Shown here in pieces: positions 12,869 through 25,216 of a stretch of 64,000 nucleotides of DNA. Source of the stretch: Callorhinchus milii (Eukaryota); the NCBI RefSeq assembly GCF_018977255.1, contig NW_024704742.1, positions 106,144,001-106,208,000 of the forward strand. Reading direction: 5' to 3'. Numbering within the stretch: the stretch's first letter is position 1; every line of letters begins with the position of its first letter. The position numbers and the translations under genes are program-made. The notes beneath the pieces are model-generated. The model worked only from the letters and a program-made list of their open reading frames with translations. It did no database searches and was not told where the DNA came from.

Positions 12869-13415
12869 GGAGGGGAGGTAAGTGGCATATTCTCCTGGCT
12901 CCAAGGTGACATGTCTTACAACAGAATATCAGAATCGAGCCAGCCTATCTGTGGCGATCTCGGTAGTCCGGTTCCTAAGCTAGGCAGGTTTGCAATATTC
13001 CAGGGCACTGCTGATGAGAGCACTTGGCTCATCAGCAGGAGTTGGAAGAGCAGACCAGTCACTGGGTCAGGGAAACCTGCTACTGTTAACCCTGCAACCC
13101 AAAGCCCTAACAGGTAATGTAATCCTAGCTGGACAAGCAACAACAACAACAACAACAACTTACATTTGTATAGCGCCTTTCACATCAGGAGGACAAAGCA
13201 GCAGGAAAGCCAACCTGAGTCTGATGTTTTCTGGAATTAGATAAGATGGGTGCGTCCCTCCAGGAGGAGACTGCGCATTGCATTCAAACAATCTATCTCT
13301 GGAATTTCCATTTGGAAGTGGGATGCATGGAAATCTCAGTTTGGTTTGGATTCTCTGAAGCATGGTGATGGGTTTCCACATGTGTAAGACATTCAGCTGA
13401 CCAAAAAACAACAAA
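12869..13415 (+). mobile_element. Family X near-full-length copy, interrupted by an antisense L2 tail (13138-13195)
   Basis: ggggaggtaag...cctggctccaaggtgac...ctgctgatgag-9nt-ctcatcagcag...gcatggtgatgggtttcc...cagctgaccaaaaaa; the insert is flanked by aagca on both sides. Confidence 0.85.
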
Positions 13416-13479
13416 GTTTTAACTGTTTACTTGCATTAAATTGTTAATGTCTCTTAAAACCTTCATCAATGTGTCAGAT

Positions 13480-13930
13480 GTCAATCTGGCTCAGTTGGCA
13501 GCATTCCTACCTCTGAGATAGAAGGCTGTGGGCTCAAACTCCAAGTTGAGCTTTTGAACTAATATTAAATAGGCTAACATTTGAATGCACTGCTGAGTGG
13601 TCCTGCATGGTGGAGATGCCATCTTTTGGAGGTCATGTGTGCCTGCTCAGGTGAATGGTAACGATCCCACGGCAACATTTGTAAAAGAGAAGGGAGTTTC
13701 TCCCGGTGTATTGGCCAAGAATACTCCGGGTAGATTTGGTCATTTATTTCATAACTGTTTATGGAACATTACTGTGGGTAAATTGGTTGCCAGATTTCAC
13801 CAACAAAATACACAGTCACTACACCTTACAGTATATCCTGTGAAGTGCTTTGGGATATAATCCTTTCAATTGCATTTGAGTGATGTCATCCTGATTTGAA
13901 AGTTGCAGTATCAAATGCGAGGATTATTTA
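13480..13930 (+). mobile_element. Older tRNA-headed Deu-SINE (SacSINE1/AmnSINE1-like body)
   Basis: Head gtcaatctggctcagttggcagca...gaaggctgtgggctcaa; Deu core gtttatggaacattactgtgggtaaattggttgcc; tail tatcaaatgcgaggattatt. Confidence 0.75.
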
Positions 13931-14065
13931 TCTAGTTCTCCAGAATGGGTTATTTACTCAGTTAAGTACTGTGACAACCTATTATTTCTCATCGGTGGAA
14001 TTTCAAGATGTCTTGGATTTCTTTCTCTCAATTTTTCTCATTTTTATCTCACCATTGTCCTTTGG

Positions 14066-14770
14066 TACCGCCTTCCACCACCTCCGGAATGTCGCCAGAC
14101 TACGGCACTACCTCACCCCTCACGCTGCTGAAACTCTGGTCCACACCTTTATCACCTCAATGCTGGACTATGGGAACTCTCCTCGCCGGCCTTCCCGGCA
14201 CCTCCCTCCACAAGCTGCAGGTCATCCAGAACTCTGCAGCTCGTGAACTGTCCCGCACCAGGCTTCGCGACCACATCACTCCCACCCTCGCTCGCCTCCA
14301 CTGGCTCCCCATCCCCCAGAGGATTGATTTCAAGATCCTCATCCTCACCTACAAGGCCATTCACGGCCTCGCTCCCTCCTACCTCTCCAACCTACTATCC
14401 CCCTACCTACCTGCCCGTACCCTCTGTTCTTCTGGCTCCGGTCTGCTCCACATCCCCCGCCCCAACCACCCTACCATCGGTGGCCGGGTCTTCAGCCTCT
14501 CAGCCCTGAGGCTCTGGAACTCTATCCCCCAGTGCCTTCGCCGCTTCCTCCCTTTCCTCCTTCAAGGTCGGTCTCAAGACCTTTCTTTTTGACCGTGCCT
14601 TCAGCTCCCCTCTCGACTCTCTACCCCCTCCTCGCTCCCTCCCTTCCCTCCCCTCACCCTGACCATTTCCCCCCCAATGCTCGGGTCCTGACCCAACTGT
14701 ACAGCGCCTCGGGACGTCCTCCCGAAGTGAAAGGCGCTCTATAAATGGAATCTTGTTGTTGTTGTTGTTT
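14066..14770 (+). mobile_element. L2 LINE 3' fragment (relatively young)
   Basis: TAFHHLRNVARLR...LHKLQVIQNSAARELSRTRLRDHITPTLARLHWLPIPQRIDFKILILTYKAIHGLAPSYLS; CpGs retained; (gtt)n tail. Confidence 0.97.
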
Positions 14771-15029
14771 TCTTCAGCACAAACATGTACGATTGGTCTC
14801 AGCATTCAACTCTCTTGAAGTATGAGTTTGTCCTAAAATGTATTTCTGTTTTGTTTTGAAGCGTAGAATCAACCCAGATTAAAATTGAACAGATTAAGAT
14901 GTTTGTCCACCTCCTTTTACTGGATGATTAACTCCCGAATTGCAAAGTTATTAATCACAGATTCTATTCTTTACCTTGCTATCCCTTTGTGATTGGCTTA
15001 TTGTGGTGTTTGCTGCTCACAGATACGAT

Positions 15030-15540
15030 GTGGCTCATCTTGAGTCCAGTGCTTCGAATGTTGATTTCTTGCACGTTTGACCAGCACTAAGAAGGTATTT
15101 GGGGTCATGCTTGGATCTGTCACTGCCTGCTGCTCCAGGTGAGAGGAGGTATAGCCCAAGACGATTTGTGATTTTAATCCCTCAACCACATCTGCAAATC
15201 ACAGGCAGCTGGCAACTGTCAAAATGATGTATGACACGTGTTTAGCAGTTCATTCAATCTCTGTCTGACTTGTCTAAAGATATGGGTCTCATATTGTATT
15301 ATTTGGCCTAAAATAACCTCTGTGGTTTTTCATGACTCTGTTATAGACATTTGCCTTGCCTGTTCCGGGTAGGATATCAAATATGTACTGGAGCTCTTCG
15401 TCAGTACTGAATAACACCAAAGGACACTTTCTCATCTTCTTTATTGTGTCTGGAACAGAAAATCCTAAAACTTGCAAATCTACTTTCTTGAATATTAGCC
15501 TTTCTCATTAATGTAATAAACAAAATGCTTTTGGTGAAAT
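15030..15540 (-). mobile_element. Ty3/Gypsy gag relic
   Basis: RKCPLVLFSTDEELQYIFDILPGTG...YFRPNN, then frameshifted YETHIFRQVRQ...ACD and EGLKSQIVLGYTSSHLEQQAVTDPSMT; follows the metazoan Gypsy gag pattern (LLLH..GEE.Q.IFDTLP...YF.P...YER..FRQ..Q...IKSQI..G..S..LR). Confidence 0.75.
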
Positions 15541-15914
15541 TGAATACTCAGGTATATTGTCTTCTTCAACTATGTGCTTCGATTTCACACCCTCACCAAT
15601 GAACATCAATTGTTTCCATCTATAACAAGACGTGGAATGGATGAGTGCAAGTGTATCAAAGTGCTATTATGGAAATATGGTCCATGCCATGTCTGGTGGG
15701 TTTGCTTTTTAACTTTATTAAAAACTCAGACTGTATTGTCTGAAACACTAGCTTCCACCAAATTAAACTGCCACATTACTGACAGTGGGAACCTGCTCAG
15801 GATGGCCCAAGGTTTGGAAGAATAATCCTTACATTTGATATAAGTCTTTTCACTTCAGGAGGACATCTCCAAGCACTTCACAGATTTACTACAAGGTGTA
15901 ATTCACCAAGAAAT

Positions 15915-16010
15915 ATGCAGTCAATTCACTTTACAGTATATTCTGTGAAGCACTTTGAGACGTCTCAAAGACGTGATAAGGCGCTATATCAAATGCAAAG
16001 ATTATTATTT
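15915..16010 (+). mobile_element. Deu-SINE 3' tail
   Basis: cagtcaattcactttacagtatattctgtgaagcactttgagacgtctc...gcgctatatcaaatgc. Confidence 0.85.
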
Positions 16011-16380
16011 ATAATAATAATAAAAATAATACTTGCATTTGATATTGCTCTTTTCACGTCTTCTAGATGTCTCAAAGCACTTCACAGAAGATGCTGTAGA
16101 ATTAATTGACTGTATATTTGTGGGCAAAACGTGGCAACCACTTGTGCACAGCAGTGTCCCTCAACAATCGTGGATTGAGTAACCAAATTATTATTTTTTT
16201 TTTGAGGGTATTATTATCCCTGAAAAAGTGATCGATCAATCGACGAACAACTGGGTTCCTACTTACTGCTAGGTAAACAGAGACATGTGGTATAAGGAAA
16301 CTTGCCTAAAATTTCATCCTGCTGGGAATAGAACTCAGGTCTCTCGATTGCTAGGCGAGTGTTCTAACCACTGAGCTATT
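16011..16380 (-). mobile_element. tRNA-derived Deu-SINE, long subtype
   Basis: Reversed tail, Deu core, ggttcctacttactgctaggtaaacagag segment and head ...ctaaccactgagcta. Confidence 0.88.
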
Positions 16381-16904
16381 AGGGTAGATATCACGACTTG
16401 CTGTGTCGCTCTGAAGAATTCAATTATCGTGCTTAGTCTCAAAGGCAATGTGGGACACTAAGGGTATTTCCCATTTTTATTAAGCTTTTTCAAAGGTGCT
16501 ACACGTAATGCTGAATGGAATTTCTATCCCATGGAAGGGGAAACAGTTTGTGGTATGTGTTGCGATAATTATCAATGGTGATACTTATCACAAGGACAGA
16601 ATATCTAATCATTTTGTCTTGTACTTAATGAAACATCTGGGTATGAATCCCCTCACCCCATCCCCAACTTCTGGAAAATGTTGTTTTCCCCCTGAATTCC
16701 AATCAGAACTTAATCCTTTTTTATTTAACTGCAATGGATTTGGTCTTATTATTATAATAACTATGTATTTCATAGGGAAATGCGACAGACAGTAGTATAT
16801 AGGAAATTGTTGTGAAGGCAAAGGTTTTCAACCCTTTTCACATCATTTGAATTTCTCATTTCTTTTGGGAAGGGAAGATCTAAGTTATCCTTAAACAGTT
16901 ATCA

Positions 16905-17393
16905 TTCAAAACTCTGCTGCCTGCATACTGACCTGGACCAAACTCCAGACACACATCTCACCAGTTCTGGCCAGGCTCCACTGGCTCCCCATCACCGAAT
17001 GATCCACTTCAAGATCTTCACTCTCGGGTTCAAATCCATTCACTCTTTGGCACCTCCCTACCTCTCTGACCTCCTCACTCCCCAATCCACCACCTGACAC
17101 CTTCGCTTGACTGGCACTGGCCTCCTGCTCATCCCTCGCATCTACTACTCCATCATTGGAGGTCGTGCTTTCAGCCACTACGTCCCAAAACTCTGGAACA
17201 CTCTCCCACAATCCTTCCGCCTTGCCCCCTTTCTCCCCTCTTTCAAGACCAACCTGAAAACTTTCCTCTTCGACTGTGCTTACAGCCAATTCCCCACTCT
17301 CCTTGGCTCGGAGTCAGACTCCGCCACTGTTAAGCACTCTGAGACGCTATCCTGTGTGGAGGGTGCTATTAGAAATGCAAGTTGTTGTTGTTT
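16905..17393 (+). mobile_element. L2 LINE 3' fragment
   Basis: QNSAA.ILT..K...[13 protein letters not shown]...GGRAFSHYVPKLWNTLPQS...FKTNLKTFLFD; (gtt)n tail. Confidence 0.95.
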
Positions 17394-17712
17394 GAGTTTG
17401 ATGTGAGATTTGAGTTCAATCTGAGGCTAGACTGAGCATAAATGTGCACCTTATTGCAGATGACAGTGCAGTTTTACAGATGTAACGTAGTGGATGTTGA
17501 CTTTCTTTCACAAACATTGTAGACAGTGATGAATTATTCAATACCATGTGGAAGTATTTCTTTCTGATGTGCAAAACCCAATTACATCGAACCACTTGTT
17601 TACTACAGTGACTCTCACCTCAAAATGGGATGGTACTCTCACTTAACTATCCAAACCCACTTATGAACTAAAACTTCCATTTGAAACAATACGTGGAAAT
17701 CACAAAAAGTAG

Positions 17713-17832
17713 CAACAACAACAACAACAAGATCGCATTTGCATAGCGCCTTTCACGTCGGGAGGACGTCCCAAGGCGCTGGACAGAGTACAGCATTTCA
17801 GACCTGAGCTGGGGTTGGGGGGGGTAAGGGAG
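17713..17832 (-). mobile_element. L2 3' end
   Basis: (aac)n...gcgcctttcacgtcgggaggacgtcccaaggcgctggacagag. Confidence 0.9.
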
Positions 17833-17949
17833 CATTTCGGACTTCTCATACTATTGTGCCAATTGACAAAGTAGAAACAAAAAGGAAACCTGAATGCTCA
17901 CAATGTGAAATAATTTTCTAATTCCTTTGGATTCCCAGTTCGCAAATCT

Positions 17950-18055
17950 AATTGAGGAGCCACTCAGTTGGGAGCGGAGGTACGAGAGCACGGGGCGGGG
18001 GGGAAGTAACGGGGCGGTGCGATTCACTAAGTGACGTCGGCGTGACATTCACAGT
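17950..18055 (+). promoter_or_regulatory. CpG-rich promoter-like segment, probably the 5'UTR of the downstream L2
   Basis: GC boxes ggggcgggg (17992-18000) and ggggcgg (18011-18017), ETS-like ggaagt (18002-18007), CRE-like tgacgtc (18032-18038). Confidence 0.45.
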
Positions 18056-20001
18056 TAAAAAAAAACAGCAACAACAACAATGTCCTGGCAGCCCCTGGCA
18101 CTGCCATCCCGGCCATGACCTGGGAGGCTGAGCCTGAGGGCTGATGCCGTCCCACTGATAGCTTGCACCCGATCTCTGCATGCGTGTTTTGGCTGCCACC
18201 CTGACCCGAGCCTCCCCCTCCACTCCAAATGTTTCTCCTCCCACTCCCTCTATGTCTCTCCTCCCATCCCCCTCTATGTCTCTTCTTCTACCCCTCTCTA
18301 TCCACTACTCTCCCTCTGTCCTTCTCTCCTACCACCCTCCCTGCCTTCTCTCTCTGCTCGACCCATCACCACTTCCCTCTGCTCCAGCCTGGGCATCCTC
18401 TGCATCATGACTCCTGGCACTGGCTGGCCCACAGCAGCAACACCAAGTATCCAATCATTCACTCCCTCCACTCCGAAAGGGAAACCCAACACCCCTTCCC
18501 TCATACGTACCCTCCCCAACTCTCCACTCACACCATTCTCCACAACCATCTCTCCTATACAACCCAAAATCCTCTCTGCACCACTCTCTCCTTCCTTCCC
18601 ACCCTGAAGCAAATGCACCCGCATTTCTAACCTGCCCTTTCTCTCAAAAGTTCTAGAATGTATTGTTGCAAACCAACTTTGAGGACACCTCTCCTCCCAC
18701 TCCGTCTTCGAACCCCTCCATCCAAACAAACAACATCCTCTCTATCTGTGACCAGGGCTCCCCCTGCCTCCTTGTCCTCCTGGACCTCTCCACTACGTTC
18801 GACACAGTCGATCACGCCATCTTCCTCCATCGCCTTTCCTCCGTCATCCACCTCAGTGGGACCGCACTCGCCTGGTTCGAGTCCTACCTCACAAACTGCC
18901 AGCAGTACATCTGCATCAATGGCTTCTCCTCCCGCTCTCACCCGGTCACCTGTGGGGTACCCCAAGGATCCATCCTTGGCTCCCTCCTCTTTCTGATTTA
19001 CATGCTTCCTCTTGGGGATGTCATCCGCAGACATGGGGTACCTTTCCACATGAATGCAGATGACACCAACTCTATTTTTCCTCCTCTCTTTGCGACCCCC
19101 AGTCCCCTGATGTTCTGTCAGCCTGCCTGTCAGATCTCAGGGGCTGGATGAGTGCAAACTTCCTTCAGCTGAACGTTGACAAGACGGAAGCCATACTCTT
19201 CGGTTCTTGTCAACGTCTAAAATCTCATGGTTCTCACCTCCTCCACCTACCTGACCTCCCCCTAAAACTCTCCGAACCCGTACGCAATCTAGGCATCCGG
19301 TTCGACCCCAATTATCCTTCCTCCCCCACAATCGGTCCCTCACCAGCACCGCTTTCTTCCACCTTCATCGTATCGCCCGTCTCCGCCAATACGTCTCCCC
19401 AAAAGCCGCTGAAACTCTGGTCCATACCTTTGTCACCTCTTGGCTGGACTACTCAAATGCCCTCATCGCCTGTCTCCCATCCACTATCATCCATAAAATC
19501 CAACTCAATAAGAACTCTGCCGCCTGCATTCTCACCCGCACGAAACCCGCTCCCCGATCACCCCAGTCCTTGCCAGACTGCACTGGCTGCCTATCCCAGA
19601 GAGGATCGATTTCAAGATCTTCACCCCCGTATTCAAGTCCCTACACTCCTCTGCACCCCCCTACCTCTCTGACCTCTTCTCTCCTCAGCACAGTACCTGT
19701 CGCCTTCGTTCCTCTGGGTCTGGCCTCCTCCTTGTCCCCCGAGTCCTCCGCTCCACCCTCGGCGGCCGTGCCTTCAGCCACTATGCCCTGAGACTCTGGA
19801 ACTGCCTTCCTCACTCCCCTCGTCCCGCTCCCTCCCTTCCTATTTTCAGGTCTCTGCTGAAGACCTTTCTTTTCGACCGCGCCTTTGGTCACCTTCCCAC
19901 CCCTCCCCCTGGCTCGGCCCCGGGATCCTAAACTGTAAAGCGCTCTGAGACGCCGTCCAGTGTGGAGGGTGCTATATAAATGTAAGTTGTTGTTGTTGTT
20001 G
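18056..20001 (+). mobile_element. Internally deleted L2 LINE with RT domain (pseudogenised)
   Basis: ISNLPFLSKVLE; ORF 18663-19151 LLVLLDLSTTFDTVDHAIFLHRL...WFESYLT...GVPQGSILGSLLFLIYMLPLG...MNADDT; LQLNVDKTEAI; (gtt)n tail to 20001; several frameshifts. Confidence 0.95.
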
Positions 20002-20539
20002 TAATTCTATTGAGGATGGATTCAGGGTTAGAATGGGAAGGGGAATCCCTGAAATTCCTGCCACAAAACAAATGCCTCGTCCATCGCTTAATCTCTAGGC
20101 AAAGATTGCTCCCAATGGTTAGGTTTTATCTGCTCAAGTATTTGAGGCACTTGCAGTATCTTCAGATGTTATTAAAATGTATGTCAGCTCAGATTCAAAT
20201 GATGAACATACGACTGTCAATCAGAGACATACAGTGGATGACAGAAACTGCAGCAGAACAGCATTGTTAGTCATGGAAGAGTTCCTTTTCAATTCCAGGA
20301 TAGAATCTACATATAGATTACACCACATCCCGTCTAAGAGCAGCAATTAACAAATTAAATAAATCCTTGAACTCTGCCTCGTTGTGATACATGTTTGTAT
20401 CTTTCTTTCCATCCTTGAAAAGAAACAATGCAGACAGTTAACAGATCATGATGTTGGATTACTGGGAAACAGAATAGCTGCTTTACTTTAACTTTTAGTT
20501 GTCAGGCTGGTTTCATAGTAACCAGCAGTCCAATGCTGC

Positions 20540-21105
20540 AAAACAACAAGATCTTTCATTTATATAGCACCCTTCACGCAGGGTAGCATCCCGGAGCGCT
20601 TGACAGTGGTGGAGTCTGACACCAAGCCAGGGGGAGAGGGAGGAGGTGACCCTAAGCATGATAAAAAAATGGTCTTTAGGTGGGATTTGAAAGTAAGGAA
20701 GGAAGAGGCAAGGCAGAGGGATTGAGAGAGAGTGTTCTAGAGTTTCGGGATGTAGGCACTGCCACTGACGGTGGAACAGAGGGGACGACGGACAAACAGG
20801 AGACCGGAGCCAGCTGAGCGGAGGCAGCGGGTGGTGGAGTGGGGGGGGAAGCAGATTGGATAGGTAGGGAGGTGCGAGGGTATGAAAGGATTTGAAAACG
20901 AGTGAGAGGATCTTGAAATCGGTCCGTATGGTAATTGGGTGCCAGTGGAGCCTGGCAAGGACTGGTATGCTGGGGATACGGAGTTTTGTGCCAGTGAATT
21001 TCTGGTTGATGGAATTTTGAATTAATTGAATTTTGTGGATGGTGGAGCTGGGGAGACCAGCGAGGAGGGCATTGGAATAGTCCAGCCGGGAAGTAACGAA
21101 TGGCA
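20540..21105 (-). mobile_element. L2 LINE 3' fragment
   Basis: ORF 20513-21106(-) [17 protein letters not shown]...[16 protein letters not shown]...LAPPYLS. Confidence 0.95.
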
Positions 21106-21842
21106 AACCCAGGGACCACCTTCATTATTAGCACTTTTTTCATGTGTCTCAATTGGTATCAGAGATAATAATTAACACATGTTAACGTAATGCACGTTAC
21201 AAATGTTTACCTCTATGTCCATTCACACCACTTTCATAAGTGATTGCAATTTTGAATTGGAACCATTGTCACATTTTATTCCTCTTAGCCGAAGGACACA
21301 AGACTGAGCTCAGTTTACGCTGCACACAGAACTCACATATTTCCACTTGTTGCTATCTATAGATCATTAACAGCTATTTATCTATGAACCATTGGGTACT
21401 AACTGCTGCTGCAGTTCTGAAAAATTCTAAGTTTATTTGGATTTAACAAAAAAAGCCACGTGTATCTTTTCTCCAATAGTGAGGGACTGCTTTAAGTTTT
21501 AATATTCAAGGGGAAGCCAGTAAAGGTGGATCACTGATCTCCAGACTAAGATGTCCCAGTTTAAATCTGTCCACTAGCCTGAAAACAGATATTTCCAGAC
21601 TCAGTTAAGATTATTTTCTATGAAGGACTACATTTTTCCAAACACTAATCTAGGAACATGATAAATTGAACAAGACTTGCATGCAAAATTGAATGATTGA
21701 TTTCATAACTCAGGTCCAGGGAAACCATCAAATGTAATTTTATTAGTACTGCTCTACAAAAAATGCATACTTTACTGAACAAATTACTACCTTGCAGGGT
21801 ATGTATAGACAATTTAGCTAAAATGGGAGAGGAAGGCAGCAT

Positions 21843-21960
21843 TGGATGAGAGAAAGTTATGTTCATATCTTTAAAATATCTATATCATATCTATACCTTA
21901 AAAATTACATATTTTTTAAAATATTTACTTAAAGATATGAACATAACTTTCTCTCAACCA
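21843..21960. repeat. 31-bp inverted repeat (30/31 match) around a 56-bp AT-rich spacer
   Basis: tggatgagagaaagttatgttcatatcttta (21843-21873) versus taaagatatgaacataactttctctcaacca (21930-21960). Confidence 0.9.
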
Positions 21961-23224
21961 CTATGTTCTGACCATGAATTCACTTCCTACCATCATAAGC
22001 CAGAGCACACTGACACTTGAGTCCACTTTGCCATGTGGCAATTTATTCTGATGGAAAGGATGTAAAGAGAGAATAAGCAGAGGAGCATTAGAGAAAACTA
22101 GGTTACTTCATTTGAAATGATTGGAGACAAAGAGAACCTCACTGTTTCTCTCCGTTTCAAGAGTTGCTTCTTATTAGTGACATGCGGCAGCACAGAAGTA
22201 GTGTGACAGTACCAGCTCTTCAGGACAGAGCATCAAGTAATTCTAGTACTAAGGTCATAATTGTCTCTCTAAGGAGATCCAAAGAGCTCAGTACAAGCTT
22301 GCAACGTGAGCATGAGATTTGCAGTGAAAAAAGATGACCTGATTGATTTTACTTCTGTGACTGCAGTCATGTATTCTCTGCTAGTCTACCAACCAGCTGG
22401 TCTGTAATGTAGGGCATGACATTCGAAAATATTTTTTTGTAAGTGAGATATCTATATATGTGAATCTGAGCTGATAGCAGATTGAAGCAGTGTTTCTTGT
22501 GTTGTTTTAAAAATTCAGATTGTTGTTATTTTTTAACCATGAGGGCTTAATACTAAGCAGAATTCTGCACTGCAAAAGTCTACTTTGTCAATTTTGCATT
22601 AGCCACTAGTGGAGGGAGGTCTTACTGAAAGGAAACCAACATTCTTGCCTCTCACAAGTGCTTATGATGCTCTGCTGTTATAGCAGCCATAGCACGAGTT
22701 TAAAATGGTACCTTTGGGGTCAACTCCCTCAAATTCTTCCTCTTTTCCTCTTTGATGGTGATGCCCAGCATCTTTGTAAAATGCTTTGAGAAGTTCATTG
22801 TATCAAAGATATGTTAAGTGCAAGGTGTTGTCCAAAAATGTCTTCACTTTCCCCTGTCTACAATAGGGGACAATAGGGAGAGCTGCTGAGACTTAGGGAG
22901 ATAGAGTATGATTATGACTGAGGCAGGTTAGAAGTTATCCAAATGACCACATAATTTCCACTGGTTTAGTATAATCCAATTATGTTTGATGAAAGGCTAA
23001 TGGAGGTTGGTCTTATAACCAATGTAGTATAAAATTACTGGCTACTGGAGGTATTAATACAAAATGAAATCCTGTCATTACTGGAAGTAGATTGCAGGTA
23101 TTAATGCAAATATATATATTTAAATAATAATACATATTACATGAAACAAAATAATAATACATATTTTTACCGGTGGACACATCTGTCTACAAATGTGAGG
23201 GCAGCCGATGAGAAAGTAAAGATA

Positions 23225-23400
23225 TATTTTCTCTCCCTTCCTCACTTAGTTCAAAGTTGGTCTCAAGACCTACCTCTTTGATGGCATGTTCGTTATTTTT
23301 CTCCTCCCAACCTCCCTCAGCTCCCACCCCCTGCTCGGGTACCAAGCCATTATTGGTAAGCACTTTGGAACATCTTCCCAACGTGAAAGGCACTATAGTA
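23225..23400 (+). mobile_element. L2 3' end, degenerate
   Basis: ttcaaagttggtctcaagacctacctctttga...cccaacgtgaaaggcactata. Confidence 0.75.
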
Positions 23401-24219
23401 AATTTGCATTCTATTATTTTACATTAAAAGTGCTATATAAATTTGAGTTGCTTTTGTAAAGTCCTTTAAATGTCCAAATATAGCTTTTCTATTTAAGCTC
23501 TTGAGCTGTATTGTATTGCTCAACTAGGGCAATAATGTTAAATTCAAGGCTGTACACTCACTACAGGATTATAAAACATTCAGACAAAGAAAGCCTTTTG
23601 TTTCATTTGAGCTCATCTTTCCAGAATACCAATCCTACTATTATCCAATGAGAGTATCAAACTGTTTTTTTAAACGGGGCAATGTGATGGATGAGTACTT
23701 ACAAAATACACAGTCCCTTCACTTTACAGTAAAATCCTGAAAAAAATGCTTTGCGACGTCCCCCTGACGTGAAATGTAAGTCTTATTATTATATTATTAA
23801 GAATTTGTAATGTATTTTTATTTTGGGGTTCCCTTAGAAATGTCTCTTATGAAGTCTGAGGTGCCATAGCTTATCTTTCTTTTAAATCACATTTCTCAGA
23901 GCTCAGCTGAGGATCAGCTTTGTTTCTCTTATTCTTATTGTTCCTAGGGTCTTTGGATGCCCATTATGCTGTGGTGACTAGAACTATGTGTAATATTCCA
24001 GGTAAGGCATGACTGGGGTTCAGCGTAAGTGTGACTTCTGGGAACTCTTCTGACACTATTTTGACTCATTGGGGTTCATCCTTGAGGTTGTGCTAACCAT
24101 GTCTAATTGTATGTGTACAGAGAAAATTACAGCATTTCCTTAATTATGTAATTAACAACCAATGAAACTGCTTTGAGAATCACCTTTAATCTTTTTCATT
24201 TGCTAGGAATTATATAATT

Positions 24220-24625
24220 GTCAGCCTGGCTTAATCGGTAGTACTCTAGAGTCTGAGTCAGAAGGTTGTGGGTTCAAGCTTTACGTTGGGACTTTGAGCT
24301 CCCATTTTCTCGTGTGACATTCTAATACAAGGCTATGCCGTGCATTGTCAGAGGCGCTGTCCTTCAGATGACATGCTAAAATGAAATGGCATGTCTGCTT
24401 GTTCAGGTGGATGCTAAAGATCCCAGGGCACTATTCTAAAAGAAAAGTGTCCTGGCCAACAATCCCCAAAATCAAGTTGCTCAATAATTTCATTGTTTTT
24501 GTTATGCGTAAATTGGCTGCTAAAATACCCAGTCATTGCACTTTATAATAGTTCACTGTATAGCTTTAAAGCGCTTTGGGACCTACTCCCAACATAAAAG
24601 GTGCTATATTAAATGCAAGCTTTAT
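24220..24625 (+). mobile_element. Older tRNA-headed Deu-SINE
   Basis: gtcagcctggcttaatcggtagtactc...ctgagtcagaaggttgtgggttcaag...gttcaggtggatgctaaagatccc...gtgctatattaaatgcaag. Confidence 0.8.
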
Positions 24626-25216
24626 CATTTAATTATTATATTTAAGGACACCTATACTTTCCTCTATACCTATGGTTTCCACATGGTTAGCACAATTAGA
24701 CACCAATTGGCTTTACTGCCATATTATCCAAGGTTCGAACCTCGGAATTTTGTTAGAACAAATTCAAATATCATTAATTTATTTGAAGCCTCAATTCAGC
24801 CCAGCTTTGTGCAGTTAATAGTTTTGCTTCAATATAGCATTCATCTCTGGGGAATATGATATATGCATTGAGGAGAAAGGTCCCTCATTAGTGGAGAGAA
24901 ATCCATTGGCTTGATAGAAACCTTTACAACTCATCTACAACCATCTGTTATTACCTCCCAAAGATTTGCTGTATTATTATTAATTGTGAAAAGATGACCT
25001 ATTGTATTGAAAACTAAATGACTTCTTCAATGGTCATTAAATCTCCTACAATCAAATACTCTACAATCAAATGAACAACCCATTGCTATAGCGGTAGCGA
25101 GCATTTAAATTAAGGAATACACAGCCCCAATTCAGAATTCATTCAGCAACAAATGTGATCAGTACAATGCTGGAGAGAAAATGGTACTGTCTGGTTCCCC
25201 TCCACCCCAAACTCTT

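Noticed and set aside
18663-19672. Functional reverse transcriptase gene
   Set aside because: Frameshifted and internally deleted, with YADD altered to NADD.
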